Below, piece after piece: positions 41,301-53,084 of a DNA stretch of 64,000 nucleotides. The position numbers were made by a program, and so were the translations under genes. The DNA is from Acidimicrobiia bacterium (lineage in GTDB: Bacteria; Actinomycetota; Acidimicrobiia; Acidimicrobiales; JANYDT01). Every line of letters begins with the position of its first letter. Position 1 is the stretch's first letter. The stretch is from assembly GCA_031429095.1 (NCBI GenBank), contig JANOYY010000049.1, positions 9,712-73,711 on the forward strand, given 5' to 3'. The notes beneath the pieces are model-generated. The model ran no database searches. It had not been told where the DNA came from and saw only the letters and a list, made by a program, of their open reading frames with translations.

Positions 41301-41481
41301 CCAGGCGACCGTATCGAGCGCTCCGGCCTCGGCTCCTGAACCGAACGGTTCTCTCCACCTCCCGTCTACGTTCCATTGGCATCATCCAACGGCAAATGCG
41401 TCGTCATGTTTCCGGCTGGCGGACGACCAAAGACATATTTCTCTAAATCAAAGCGGTCCTCCGGGGTTGACGCGGCAGTGA
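38330..41481 (+). pseudogene. Multiply frameshifted large exported protein (Ig-like repeats, Thr linkers, ricin-B-like C-terminal part)
   Basis: RBS AAGGA; signal peptide ending ASA-Q; repeated (T/L)SP..G.C..GTY..ATLT.GT.VTSP modules spread over successive frames (ORFs 38234, 38601, 38671, 39359, 40009, 40361, 40528); SLCV..LDAC..SQLW. Confidence 0.75.
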
Positions 41482-41695
41482 TCCCTGTCTGTGGTTCGAG
41501 GGTTCTCGACTGGTGACCCTGTTGGGTCGTGCCGGCGGGACCCGAAAGAGCTTTTGCTCTTGTGTGTGCTGATCGGCCTGACGAATGCGGTTTGGGGTGA
41601 AGGTGATCGGGTATCTCGACTCGCCCTGATCGAATTGCGTAAGCCCGCGGACCAGTATCGCGTCGTACAACGACGCGTTACCGGCCCGACCGGGT

Positions 41696-42907
41696 TCAGC
41701 GGGCGAACAACACTTGTGGTGGCGGTGGACTGTTCGCGGTGCGACCGTTGGGCCACTCAAAGATCAGACTCGCGTGGTCGCGGTCCCATCGGATCTTTAG
41801 CTTCTGTTTGTGGACGTAGCGGTGATGAAACTTGCAAAGCGCACATAGGTTCGTGAGCTCGTGCGTTCCACCATTGGAACGTTCCTTTACGTGATGAACG
41901 TCCGTCCACCGCGCCGGACGATGACAGCCGGGATACCGGCAGCACAGATCGCGCGCCAGGACCACACGACGATTCCGTGCCGGAACCACCGACGTCGGGG
42001 TGCCCACATCGAACGGTGTTCCGTCGGCGCTTAGCCACACGCTCGTGGTCACGCAATCACAAAGCAACATGTCTCGCGTGAACGACGACAACCGAACCAT
42101 CTGCGACGTGTGCGCAATCCCCGAACCGGCATCGACGGTGACGGTGACGTGTGGCCGTTCCCCGCCAACGACCATACGGCCTTCGTTCGCGAGCGACTCG
42201 TGCGCGATATCGATGAGTGCATCGTGTCGACGCTGCGCCGGGGTCCGGTTGTCACCCTCACATGGTTTTGGCATCGCTGCCTCAAGTGCTTTCGACAACG
42301 CCTCACCACCAAGCGGATCAAGAAGGCCGTTGAGGATCCACATCCCGCCCGGCGTCGGTGACAGCTGAACCCGGCGTACCTCTTCGTGTTCTTTCTCCGA
42401 TGTCGGGTCCCCGAGCGCGTCGTCACAGTGCGATACCCACAAAGCGACGGTTTGGCGAAACTGTGTGAATGACAGTGTCTGCGCCCACCCCAACACGATG
42501 CCCGAGTCGCGGTCGAGAAACGACAGCCGGGCTTTCGTGAGCACGTGCGCAACGACACCTACGTGTGAGATACCGATTGTGCCAGCGTCAATCGCGTCGG
42601 ACCACCCGGCGAGTTTGGTGAGCACTTCGGCATGCGCGACTCGATGCTCACCCTCGGTCGGCCGGGCATGAGTGTTGTGCACCAACCATTCCGAAATGCT
42701 GCGGTATCCGTCGTCACGAATCATCGGCGACTTCGAGAACGAAGCAACGATACGTGTACATATCGTATCGAATCGATCCACGAGAGCTCGTGCAGCCGTT
42801 ACGTTCGCCGCTGTCACGACAGCGCCGTTTTGCAGGCTGGTGACAGCCGACAGTGCCGCAGACTCGGCAAGCGCAAGAGAGTGGTCGAGGGACGATTCCA
42901 CGTGCAC
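41696..42907 (-). CDS. DUF222 / HNH endonuclease (REP13E12-like)
   Basis: RTPAQRRHDAL, RPHVTV, RDLCCRYPGC..DVHH..GG..LTNLCALCKFHH; true start may be GTG 42901. Confidence 0.9.
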   Translation of the reverse strand: MHVESSLDHSLALAESAALSAVTSLQNGAVVTAANVTAARALVDRFDTICTRIVASFSKSPMIRDDGYRSISEWLVHNTHARPTEGEHRVAHAEVLTKLAGWSDAIDAGTIGISHVGVVAHVLTKARLSFLDRDSGIVLGWAQTLSFTQFRQTVALWVSHCDDALGDPTSEKEHEEVRRVQLSPTPGGMWILNGLLDPLGGEALSKALEAAMPKPCEGDNRTPAQRRHDALIDIAHESLANEGRMVVGGERPHVTVTVDAGSGIAHTSQMVRLSSFTRDMLLCDCVTTSVWLSADGTPFDVGTPTSVVPARNRRVVLARDLCCRYPGCHRPARWTDVHHVKERSNGGTHELTNLCALCKFHHRYVHKQKLKIRWDRDHASLIFEWPNGRTANSPPPPQVLFAR

Positions 42908-42938
42908 ATCATACGACCACCTTCGAACGTATGTTCGT
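42908..42938 (-). promoter_or_regulatory. LexA SOS box plus -10 of the DUF222-HNH gene
   Basis: TCGAAC-GTAT-GTTCGT (42923-42938), one mismatch to actinobacterial TCGAAC-N4-GTTCGA; minus-strand TATGAT at 42908-42913. Confidence 0.75.
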
Positions 42939-43096
42939 ATCCGATGGCGAAACGCCCGAAAACCCCAATCTCACCCGTCGCTTTCCCCTGCACCTTCGGC
43001 GAAGTACCTCCAAACAAGGTCCAGTGAACAGGAGTTGCCCTCGTTCCAGATAGCCGCGAGATTCACCGCCTACCGAGACTTTTCCTTCGTCCGTTT

Positions 43097-43651
43097 GGCC
43101 TGATTTTGAGTGCTGTGGGTAGTTCAACGTTCCTTTTCAGGATTGGTCCGCGAACGATCACATCCCATTCGCCTCGTTGGATTGTTGATCGCAGCATGCA
43201 CGGTCGCAACCACGACAGTAATAAGTGTACCTACAGCAGTTTCTGAACCAATCCCATATGACCTCGCGAACTTCACAACGCCAACGTGGTGGGCGAAAGC
43301 CTTGCACGTAACCGTCGCCGGGTACACACCGCTCGCGGGTGACAACGTCGTGTTCGGCCGCGGGCCCGGCGGCACACCGATAACGACCAGGCACAAACGT
43401 TTGGTTCACGCCCAGCTCCTTGGCCCTACCGAACGGTGACACACACATCACGTTCTCCTACCGCACCACGATCAACGGATCCCCCGTTTCGTCCCCGAAC
43501 TCGCTGGCGCCGGAATTTGGCTCCACCCGCCGAAGACACCGCGCTGTGCGTGACCTCTGGGTCGGGGTCCGTCTACCTCGACCCCTGCACCGAAGGCCCT
43601 GTCAGTGACTCCCAACTCTGGATCGACCGCCCCGAAGACGATGGCATAGCG
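43097..43651 (+). pseudogene. Internally deleted second copy of the 38330-41481 gene
   Basis: 43097-43244 ~ 38339-38485; 43245-43487 ~ 40373-40614; 43488-43651 ~ 41017-41181. Confidence 0.85.
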
Positions 43652-43685
43652 GCTCTTCGCGGCGTTGTGGGTGAGAAGGTCGTCT

Positions 43686-45880
<2,195 letters not shown>

Positions 45881-45897
45881 CACCTCGGCGAGAACGT

Positions 45898-46302
45898 TCA
45901 CGCTGCCTTCGCTGCTGTTGCTGCCTTTTCCTGTGCCGCGACTTCAAGGCGGCGACGCTCCATCGCCTGTTCCTCGAGTAGCTCTTCGTGCCAGTGTGCT
46001 CTGGCTCGAACACGGATCGCCTGCTCGTTGTGGGCTCGTGCGATGTCGGCATAGAGACCTTGCTCTGCAAGTCGGAGTTCCTCGATCAACCGAGCGACAT
46101 CGCGTTGCAACGCCTCCTCGGACTCGTCGAACTCGACTCGTTTCGCGCCCCGCCATTGATCACGCGCGCTGACCAGCGGGCCGGCCAGCACTGCGTCGCG
46201 CGTTTCGAGAACTTCGCGAGCGAGCCGACACTCCGCGATCGCCGCTTCGGCTCCGGTGAAATCGAACTCCACATCATTCCAATTCGGTTGCCACGCTGGC
46301 AT
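45898..46302 (-). CDS. WXG100-like helical hairpin protein
   Basis: Helix-WRG-helix (ARDQWRGAKRVEF); RBS GAGGAGG. Confidence 0.6.
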   Translation of the reverse strand: MPAWQPNWNDVEFDFTGAEAAIAECRLAREVLETRDAVLAGPLVSARDQWRGAKRVEFDESEEALQRDVARLIEELRLAEQGLYADIARAHNEQAIRVRARAHWHEELLEEQAMERRRLEVAAQEKAATAAKAA

Positions 46303-46392
46303 GGTGCCTCCTCAGGTCGGACTCCATCGTGACGGAACACCCCGTGAAATGGGAGGGGACAACTGCGCGATGAGTCGGCCAACTAGGAGCGA

Positions 46393-48030
46393 CTACTTTG
46401 GCTCGCGCACTCCAGCCGACGTCAAGACGTTCAACGCTGCGTAGCTCACAAAGAGCGCGACGGCCAACGACTTCAACAGCATCGGTCCGGGGGCGTTGCC
46501 CTGGTTGAGTGTGCGACGGGCCAGGAACATCGGCAACCCCACCGAAGCAACAGCCAGCCCGGGAAGCGACGCCAGTCGAGCAAATCCAAGCTCAGGTGTC
46601 TGAATCATCATCATGAACGGTGGCGGTCCGAGGGCAACGCTGAGGGCCGCAGCCAGCGTCCCTGAAAGCGCCCACACCAGGCCGATGCCCAGCGCTGCGC
46701 CGAGTTCATTGGTGCGGAGCGCACCACCGAACACAGGCGCGCAAAGCCAGCCCACGGCCGCCCCGATGAGGCCCACCGTGATCAACAGGAGAGCCGGGAT
46801 GATGATGAGCCGATTGGCGAGCCTTCCGCGATGACGCGGGTAGCTGGCCAACAGCGTGAGATGGTCAGCGTCTTGTGACAGCGGTTCCACGACGTCGAGT
46901 CCGGCGAGAAACGACGCCAGACCGGGCAGGAGAAATAGCGGCAGGGCGCCCTGCCATCCGGCTTGCGCAGCAACACCAGCAACCATAGCAATCAGTAGTA
47001 AGCGCACGAACCTTCGCGCCGGCCACCTAGCGAGGCTACGCGCGGAGCGCACCAGAACAGCGCGTTCCACGCCCTTTCCCGATGGGATACGGACCCACGG
47101 ATGCAGACGATGAACTTCGGAGTTGAGCTGGCGTCGAACCAGCACAACCGCACGGAGGTCCTGTGTTGTCACGGCAAATCGAAGCTGTCCGACCAACGCG
47201 GCGCGTTGTTGCGCTCGCTCGACGTTGACCCCGCCGCAGGAAACGATCGCCAACGAACACAGCACCCCCACGATCACCACAGTGATCAGCAACGCCAGAC
47301 CCGGCGAAATCATATATGCACTTGTTACTTTCGACGCCGGAAGCGCGACAAGTGATCCTCGGCCGAGAACGGTGAGCGGTGCGGGAAAGCTCGGTCTCCA
47401 GATGTTGGCCAACGTGAGCAGGCTCAAAACGAACGCTGCCGATTGTGTCGGAAGGGACCGTAGTCGTCGGCCACTCGCAACAAGGGCCGCAGCCATCCAG
47501 AGCGCGCCGCTCATTCCCCCAAAAAGAGCGCCGACGAGTGCCCATCGAACTCCGCCACCGGGCACAAACGGCGACGTGAAACGTCCCGCAACGGCACCGA
47601 CCCCCGCGCCGATGAAGATCCCCCGACGAAACTGTTGCAACGCCGGATAGCGAAGGATCCGCTGCCGCGGCAACGGCGAACCGAGCACGTGTACGAGCTC
47701 GGCATGCTCCATCGCGATTGGGCCACCGCGAAGACCGGAGCGCAGGCCGCCCCACACCATCGTCGCCAACACACCACCTGCCGCAACAGGTGCCCACCGC
47801 ATGAAGCTCATGAGACCAGGAGCGTCGAGCGGACGCGACCCCAACGTCGCAATGACCCACCACACAAATCCACCGACGCAAATCGTGAACACATAGACGC
47901 GGTAAATCGCATCACTCCAGTGAATGTCGGACAACCGGTGACGGCGTCGGGCCTTACGCAGGTCCGCGAGCGCCGCCCAGCCAACCTCGTTCGTTGCGAT
48001 GTTGGACTTCGTGGACAGCGACGACATCAA
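46393..48030 (-). CDS. Multi-TM ABC exporter permease-like protein
   Basis: About 12 hydrophobic segments; overlaps the ABC ATPase stop codon. Confidence 0.75.
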   Translation of the reverse strand: MMSSLSTKSNIATNEVGWAALADLRKARRRHRLSDIHWSDAIYRVYVFTICVGGFVWWVIATLGSRPLDAPGLMSFMRWAPVAAGGVLATMVWGGLRSGLRGGPIAMEHAELVHVLGSPLPRQRILRYPALQQFRRGIFIGAGVGAVAGRFTSPFVPGGGVRWALVGALFGGMSGALWMAAALVASGRRLRSLPTQSAAFVLSLLTLANIWRPSFPAPLTVLGRGSLVALPASKVTSAYMISPGLALLITVVIVGVLCSLAIVSCGGVNVERAQQRAALVGQLRFAVTTQDLRAVVLVRRQLNSEVHRLHPWVRIPSGKGVERAVLVRSARSLARWPARRFVRLLLIAMVAGVAAQAGWQGALPLFLLPGLASFLAGLDVVEPLSQDADHLTLLASYPRHRGRLANRLIIIPALLLITVGLIGAAVGWLCAPVFGGALRTNELGAALGIGLVWALSGTLAAALSVALGPPPFMMMIQTPELGFARLASLPGLAVASVGLPMFLARRTLNQGNAPGPMLLKSLAVALFVSYAALNVLTSAGVREPK

Positions 48031-48692
48031 CGAGTCGCGTCGGCCACTTGGTCCGCGGTGAGAACCCCGTTCGCGGCGATTGTTCCGTCACGGAGCGCAA
48101 TGCAGCGATCCGAGCGTTGAACGAAGGAGTGCTCGTGGGTCGACACGATCACGGTCGCTCCGTCGGCCGCGGTGGCAGCGAGCAGCTCTATGAGTGCCGA
48201 TCGACCCGATTGATCAAGGCCCACGAACGGCTCATCCACGAGGAGGAGATCGAGCGGTCGAACGAGCCCAATCGCCAGGGCCGTCTTCTGACGCAGGCCC
48301 CGGCTGAAGCGCACCGGCAGATCATCTTGTCGGGCGCAGAGTCCGAGAAGATCGATGAGTTGTTCGGCCCGCGGCTGCCAGTCCTCGTAGTCGTGCATAC
48401 GAGCTATGTACTCAAGATGTTCGATCACACTGAGGTCGTCGTAGAGCACCGGGTTATCGCTCACGAAGCTCACCGATCGACGCGCCTGCACCGACCCGGG
48501 AGCGGAGCCCGCGATAGTGATCGTGCCCTCCTCAAGTTCGAGTTGGCCAGCGATCAAGCGCAGAAGCGTCGACTTTCCCGCACCGTTGGGTCCAACGATC
48601 GCCACGGTTTCGCCCTGCGCAACTTCGAGAGAGATGTTGCGTAACACCTCGTGAGAGCCGTAGGACTTCGAGACGTTTTCGACATGCAACAT
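48027..48692 (-). CDS. ABC transporter ATP-binding protein
   Basis: GPNGAGKS, FSRGLRQK, LLVDEP, STH. Confidence 0.95.
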   Translation of the reverse strand: MLHVENVSKSYGSHEVLRNISLEVAQGETVAIVGPNGAGKSTLLRLIAGQLELEEGTITIAGSAPGSVQARRSVSFVSDNPVLYDDLSVIEHLEYIARMHDYEDWQPRAEQLIDLLGLCARQDDLPVRFSRGLRQKTALAIGLVRPLDLLLVDEPFVGLDQSGRSALIELLAATAADGATVIVSTHEHSFVQRSDRCIALRDGTIAANGVLTADQVADATR

Positions 48693-48753
48693 GGGTTACT
48701 GACGGTACTCGCCATGGAGACAGCGGCGGGGCAGTCTGTCCACCATGAACGAT

Positions 48754-49458
48754 TTACAAGCTGGGGACGAGATCCCACCGCATTGCACCGTGGGGGTAGC
48801 GACGAAGCGAGCGAATCATCCGCCGACGCCCACCGTCGGGCAGTTCCATTTGGATCGGTGCACGCAACAGTGCAACACGGCCCGCTTCAGGATCGTCGAT
48901 GGTGAGTTGCGTCGGATCGGCCAGACCCCAGGTGTGGCGACGCGACCCCGCGGTGTCGATTTCGAGTTTCTGAGAATCGATCTGCAGATCGCCTGATACC
49001 CGGCAGTCCATGCCATAGCCCTCGAAACCGGGACCATCGACCAGAAAGATCGGCTCAGAACGCTCCCACTCGAGGTCGAAGGCGAGTCCGACCTTGTCAC
49101 CGCGTTCCGCACGCCAAGCTTCCATGGGATCGTCGAATCCGACGGCGAAGGCCTCCATGGCAACGGTCCAGTGGTCGAACGGGGTCTCACAGATCGCATG
49201 CGACCACAGTCCGCCGCCGCGAATCTCCAGTGGCCAGTCAGGTTTCGGGGCTTCAAGGTCATGTTCGCGGCAGAGCACGAAGGGCAGACCCTTGCGCACC
49301 ACGGCGGCCCAGAACCAGGTTTGGTGCAGATTGGGGTAGATCGACAGGCGGGTGAACATAGCCATTGTCGCATCGAGAACGGCGAACTCGAACTCCCAAA
49401 TCTCTGCCCACCACGGATCGTCGGTGGGATCGTGACGACGATCGTCGTCTGTTCGCAT
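48754..49458 (-). CDS. Hypothetical protein (possible AttH/lipocalin-like fold)
   Basis: DD.RH..W.E.W.F, CETPFDHW, FDLEW, RRHTWG; TACGAT -10 6 nt before ATG. Confidence 0.7.
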   Translation of the reverse strand: MRTDDDRRHDPTDDPWWAEIWEFEFAVLDATMAMFTRLSIYPNLHQTWFWAAVVRKGLPFVLCREHDLEAPKPDWPLEIRGGGLWSHAICETPFDHWTVAMEAFAVGFDDPMEAWRAERGDKVGLAFDLEWERSEPIFLVDGPGFEGYGMDCRVSGDLQIDSQKLEIDTAGSRRHTWGLADPTQLTIDDPEAGRVALLRAPIQMELPDGGRRRMIRSLRRYPHGAMRWDLVPSL

Positions 49459-49523
49459 GGCTACATCGTAGGTGCTTTTATGATGTGACGATCACTCCAA
49501 GCGATAACCGAGGTTCGGGTCCT

Positions 49524-49549
49524 GGTGCCAACGCGATCGAGTTGGCACC
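49524..49549 (-). terminator. Hairpin downstream of mdh
   Basis: GGTGCCAAC-N8-GTTGGCACC. Confidence 0.55.
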
Positions 49550-49569
49550 GGTGCGAACCGTACGGTTGC

Positions 49570-50559
49570 TTAGAGGAGGCCGAGGGCCGTAACTTCTTCG
49601 AGTTCCTCTTGGAGCTCTTTGGTGGTTATTGCGATCTTGCCCTTGGCGAAATCATCGAGGGGAAGACCTTCCTTCACCTTCCAGGTCGTGCCGTCGGTGA
49701 CGATCGGGAAGCCGAATTGGAGACCTTCCGGTACGCCGTACTCCCCACGGGAGATCACGGCCAGCGACGCAACTTCGTCGGGCGGCGTTGGATTCCAGAT
49801 GCTCGTGACCGAGTCGATGGCCGCGTTGGCCGCCGAGGCAGCCGATGAAAGCCCGCGGGCCTCGATGATCGCCGCGCCACGCTTTTGAACCGTCGAGATG
49901 AAGTCACCGTCGAGCCACGCGTGATCGGAGATGACGTCGAACACGGGCTGGCCATTGATCGTGGCGTTGCGGGCATCGGGGTACTGGGTCGCCGAATGGT
50001 TGCCCCAAATCGTGGTGTGCTTCACGGCAGTGACGGGCACGCCGGCCTTCGCGCCAAGCTGCGCCTTGGCCCGGTTCTGATCAAGACGCGTCATTGCGAA
50101 GAAGCGCTCGGCCGGGATGTCCTTGGCGTTCGCACGGGCGATCAATGAGTTCGTGTTACACGGGTTGCCGACAACCACGACGCGAACGTCGCTCGCTGCG
50201 TTCGCCGAAATCGCCATGCCCTGCGGTTTGAAGATTGAGCCGTTGGCGCTGAGCAGATCGCCGCGCTCCATTCCGGCCTTGCGGGGCATGGCGCCAACGA
50301 GAAGGGCCCAGCTGGTGTCTTTGAACGCATGGTTGAGATCCGACGTTGGCTCCATGCCCGCCAGAAGCGGAAATGCGCAGTCGTCGAGTTCCATACAGAC
50401 ACCGTTGAGCGCCTTGAGCGCGGGCTCGATCTCCAACATACGCAGGATTACTGGCTGATCCGGTCCGAGAAGGTGACCGGAGGCGATCCGAAACAGGAGT
50501 GAATAACCGATTTGGCCGGCAGCACCGGTCACCGTGACATGGACAGGAGGTTTCGTCAT
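49570..50559 (-). CDS. mdh: Malate dehydrogenase
   Basis: [44 protein letters not shown]. Confidence 0.97.
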   Translation of the reverse strand: MTKPPVHVTVTGAAGQIGYSLLFRIASGHLLGPDQPVILRMLEIEPALKALNGVCMELDDCAFPLLAGMEPTSDLNHAFKDTSWALLVGAMPRKAGMERGDLLSANGSIFKPQGMAISANAASDVRVVVVGNPCNTNSLIARANAKDIPAERFFAMTRLDQNRAKAQLGAKAGVPVTAVKHTTIWGNHSATQYPDARNATINGQPVFDVISDHAWLDGDFISTVQKRGAAIIEARGLSSAASAANAAIDSVTSIWNPTPPDEVASLAVISRGEYGVPEGLQFGFPIVTDGTTWKVKEGLPLDDFAKGKIAITTKELQEELEEVTALGLL

Positions 50560-50640
50560 AACGGTTCTAGGATAGAGCGCTTCGAGACCCGATTCCGCAT
50601 TCGCCGGACCGCGCGATCAACGAGACGGACTACGTACCAC

Positions 50641-52020
50641 TTAGGTCGCCGCCCTCAACGCAGCTGCCTTGGCATCTCGGATACACGCCGGCAGCCCGAT
50701 TCCACGGTAGGACGCTCCGGCGAGCAACAGGCCTGGCAGAGAGTCGCAGTGCCCCTCGATACGACGAACCAGCGCCGAGTGTCCGACGTCGTATTGCGGG
50801 AAACCGTCGATCCACCTGCTCACCGCAACCTCCGTCGGTCGCGTTCGAATATCAAGCACACTTACTAACTCCTCATGAAGTGCGTCGACGAGTTCGGCAT
50901 CGGACATGCCCATGAAGCGCTCGTCACCATCGCGACCCGCCGACACTCGGATGATGACATAGTCACCCGTATCGAGGTGGGGCCATTTCTGACTCCACCA
51001 ACTTGCGGCAGTCATCAGGTGTCCATCGCAGCGAGCGACCAGCATGCCGCTCCCATCGGGCAACGACACTGCATTCCTCGGATATGCAAAAAGGGTCAAG
51101 GCGACCGAAGCCGTGCGAATACTGGACAACTCCATCGCCAGCTCAGGCGACACAGCTTGAAGAAGCGATGCCGTGCGCACCGCGGGCAACGCCATAACGA
51201 CACTGCGTGCACGAAACACCTCCGAACCCACCGAAACCTGCCACTCATGGTCGATGCGATCAAGCGCCGACACCGCAGCGTTAACGCGAACCCGGGCCCC
51301 GAGGACCTCGACCAACGCCGACACCAACTGATGAACGCCGCCGCGAGGAGTTAGGAACACCGGACGCTCCTCCGACACACCGATCTGCCCCCGCAAAGCT
51401 ACGACATGGTTGCGCAACGCGGCCATCAGATCCTGCTCCTGTACCGCGGCAAACAGCTCTGCTGATGCGCTCCGCAACGAAAGTGACGTGCAGTCGCCGG
51501 CATTTATGCCACCGAGAAGAGGATCGACAAGGCGCTCGACCACCTCTGGCCCGAGATGCGCCCCGATACCTTCGGCCACCGAAACATCATCGAGCGCAAA
51601 CGCATCACCCGAACGACCGGCCAGAGCGCGTGCAAGACCGTCGGCCGACAGCACGGACGATCCGGAGAGCGCCTCGGGATCGCTCGGGACACCGAGCACC
51701 AAGCCACCCGGGAGAGGATGCAACAAATCGCCCGACCACAACCACGCCCGACCTGTCGCTGGGGCGACGAGGTCGTCGGACAACCCCAAATCTGCGGCCA
51801 GGTCAACGCCACCCTCGACCCGCGCCAAAAAGGCATCCGGCCCCGAGTCGATCTCACGGCCGCAGAGACGGACCGAAGCGACTTTCCCGCCAGCCCGGGG
51901 ACCTGCTTCAAGGATCAGCACCGACGCATCAGGATTCTCCTTCAGCGCATAGAACGCAGTTGCGAGCCCAGTGATCCCGCCCCCGATCACCACTACATCG
52001 TGAGCGAGGGCGCGATCCAT
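50641..52020 (-). CDS. hemY: Protoporphyrinogen/coproporphyrinogen oxidase (HemY)
   Basis: IGGGITGL, DSGPDAF, PLLGGINAG, PQYDVGH, GIGLPAC; follows hemE. Confidence 0.9.
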   Translation of the reverse strand: MDRALAHDVVVIGGGITGLATAFYALKENPDASVLILEAGPRAGGKVASVRLCGREIDSGPDAFLARVEGGVDLAADLGLSDDLVAPATGRAWLWSGDLLHPLPGGLVLGVPSDPEALSGSSVLSADGLARALAGRSGDAFALDDVSVAEGIGAHLGPEVVERLVDPLLGGINAGDCTSLSLRSASAELFAAVQEQDLMAALRNHVVALRGQIGVSEERPVFLTPRGGVHQLVSALVEVLGARVRVNAAVSALDRIDHEWQVSVGSEVFRARSVVMALPAVRTASLLQAVSPELAMELSSIRTASVALTLFAYPRNAVSLPDGSGMLVARCDGHLMTAASWWSQKWPHLDTGDYVIIRVSAGRDGDERFMGMSDAELVDALHEELVSVLDIRTRPTEVAVSRWIDGFPQYDVGHSALVRRIEGHCDSLPGLLLAGASYRGIGLPACIRDAKAAALRAAT

Positions 52021-52028
52021 CGGCGTGC

Positions 52029-53084
52029 CTAACGACGCTCGGTCGAGCTGTGCACCTGAGCGACAATCGACGACAAAACGGTCGGGTCCGTCTGTGGCAG
52101 CACACCGTGACCCAGATTGAAAATGTGTGTACCACCGGCCGCGGCAGCATCGTCGAGGACACGCGAAACCGCGGACGCCACAACCGTAGGTGCACATAGC
52201 GCAATGGTCGGGTCGAGATTTCCCTGCAGCGGAGTTGACGCTCCGACCCGGTCGCGGGCATCGGACAACGAAACCCGGCAATCGACTCCGATGACGTCGG
52301 CACCCGCTTCCTTCATCAACCCGAGAAGCTCGCCCGTATTAACTCCGAAGTGCACACGAGGAACTCCGAGATCGGCGAGCCCGGAAAACACTTTGGCAGT
52401 CGCGGGCAGGACGAACTCGCGGTACTCCGCTTTCGACAAGATACCGGCCCATGAGTCGAAAAGCTGCACCGCACTTGCGCCGGCCTCAACCTGCGCACGC
52501 AACGTCAAAAGCGCAATTCCGCTGAGCGAATCGAGCAAGGCGAACCACGTTTCGGGATCACCATGCATCAGTGTCTTCGTGTGCTCGAACTCTTTGGACT
52601 TTCCGCCTTCAACCAGGTAGGTCGCGACTGTGAACGGCGCGCCCGCAAACCCAATCAGCGGCACACCCATGGTGTCGAGTTCCACAACGGCTCGTTGCAC
52701 CGCCTCGATCACGTAGGGGACGTGAACGCTAGGCTCGAATCCCTCCAGGCGGGAAACATCAGCGCGCGTACGAAATGGTTGTTCGATCACTGGACCGCGG
52801 TTCGGCTCGATCGAGATTCCCGGACAGAGCGCCGAAACGCTCGTAATGATGTCGGAGAAGAAGATTGCCGCGTCGACCCCGTGACGCCGAACCGGTTGGA
52901 GCGTCACCTCGGCCGCCAACGCCGGGTCGTGAATCATCTGGTCAAAGGTTTTCCCCTCACGCAAAGCCCGATACTCCGGCAGCGAGCGGCCGGCCTGACG
53001 CTGAAACCACACCGGCGTGTGTGAGGGCATCTCGCCACGACACGCAGCAAGGTACGGGGAACCGACGAGCGCCGACCGACTCAC
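52029..53084 (-). CDS. hemE: Uroporphyrinogen decarboxylase
   Basis: PVWFQRQAGRSLPEY, FSDI, GFAGAPFT, QLFDSWAG, FNLGHG. Confidence 0.97.
   Translation of the reverse strand: MSRSALVGSPYLAACRGEMPSHTPVWFQRQAGRSLPEYRALREGKTFDQMIHDPALAAEVTLQPVRRHGVDAAIFFSDIITSVSALCPGISIEPNRGPVIEQPFRTRADVSRLEGFEPSVHVPYVIEAVQRAVVELDTMGVPLIGFAGAPFTVATYLVEGGKSKEFEHTKTLMHGDPETWFALLDSLSGIALLTLRAQVEAGASAVQLFDSWAGILSKAEYREFVLPATAKVFSGLADLGVPRVHFGVNTGELLGLMKEAGADVIGVDCRVSLSDARDRVGASTPLQGNLDPTIALCAPTVVASAVSRVLDDAAAAGGTHIFNLGHGVLPQTDPTVLSSIVAQVHSSTERR

Noticed and set aside
38256-41457. ATCAAAGCGGT direct repeat as target-site duplication around the surface gene
   Set aside because: Only 11 bp, the left copy is the promoter -35 region, and there is no recombinase; may be chance.
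38330-43651. Diversity-generating retroelement (TR/VR pair)
   Set aside because: Mismatches between the copies are not confined to adenines and include indels; no reverse transcriptase in the window.
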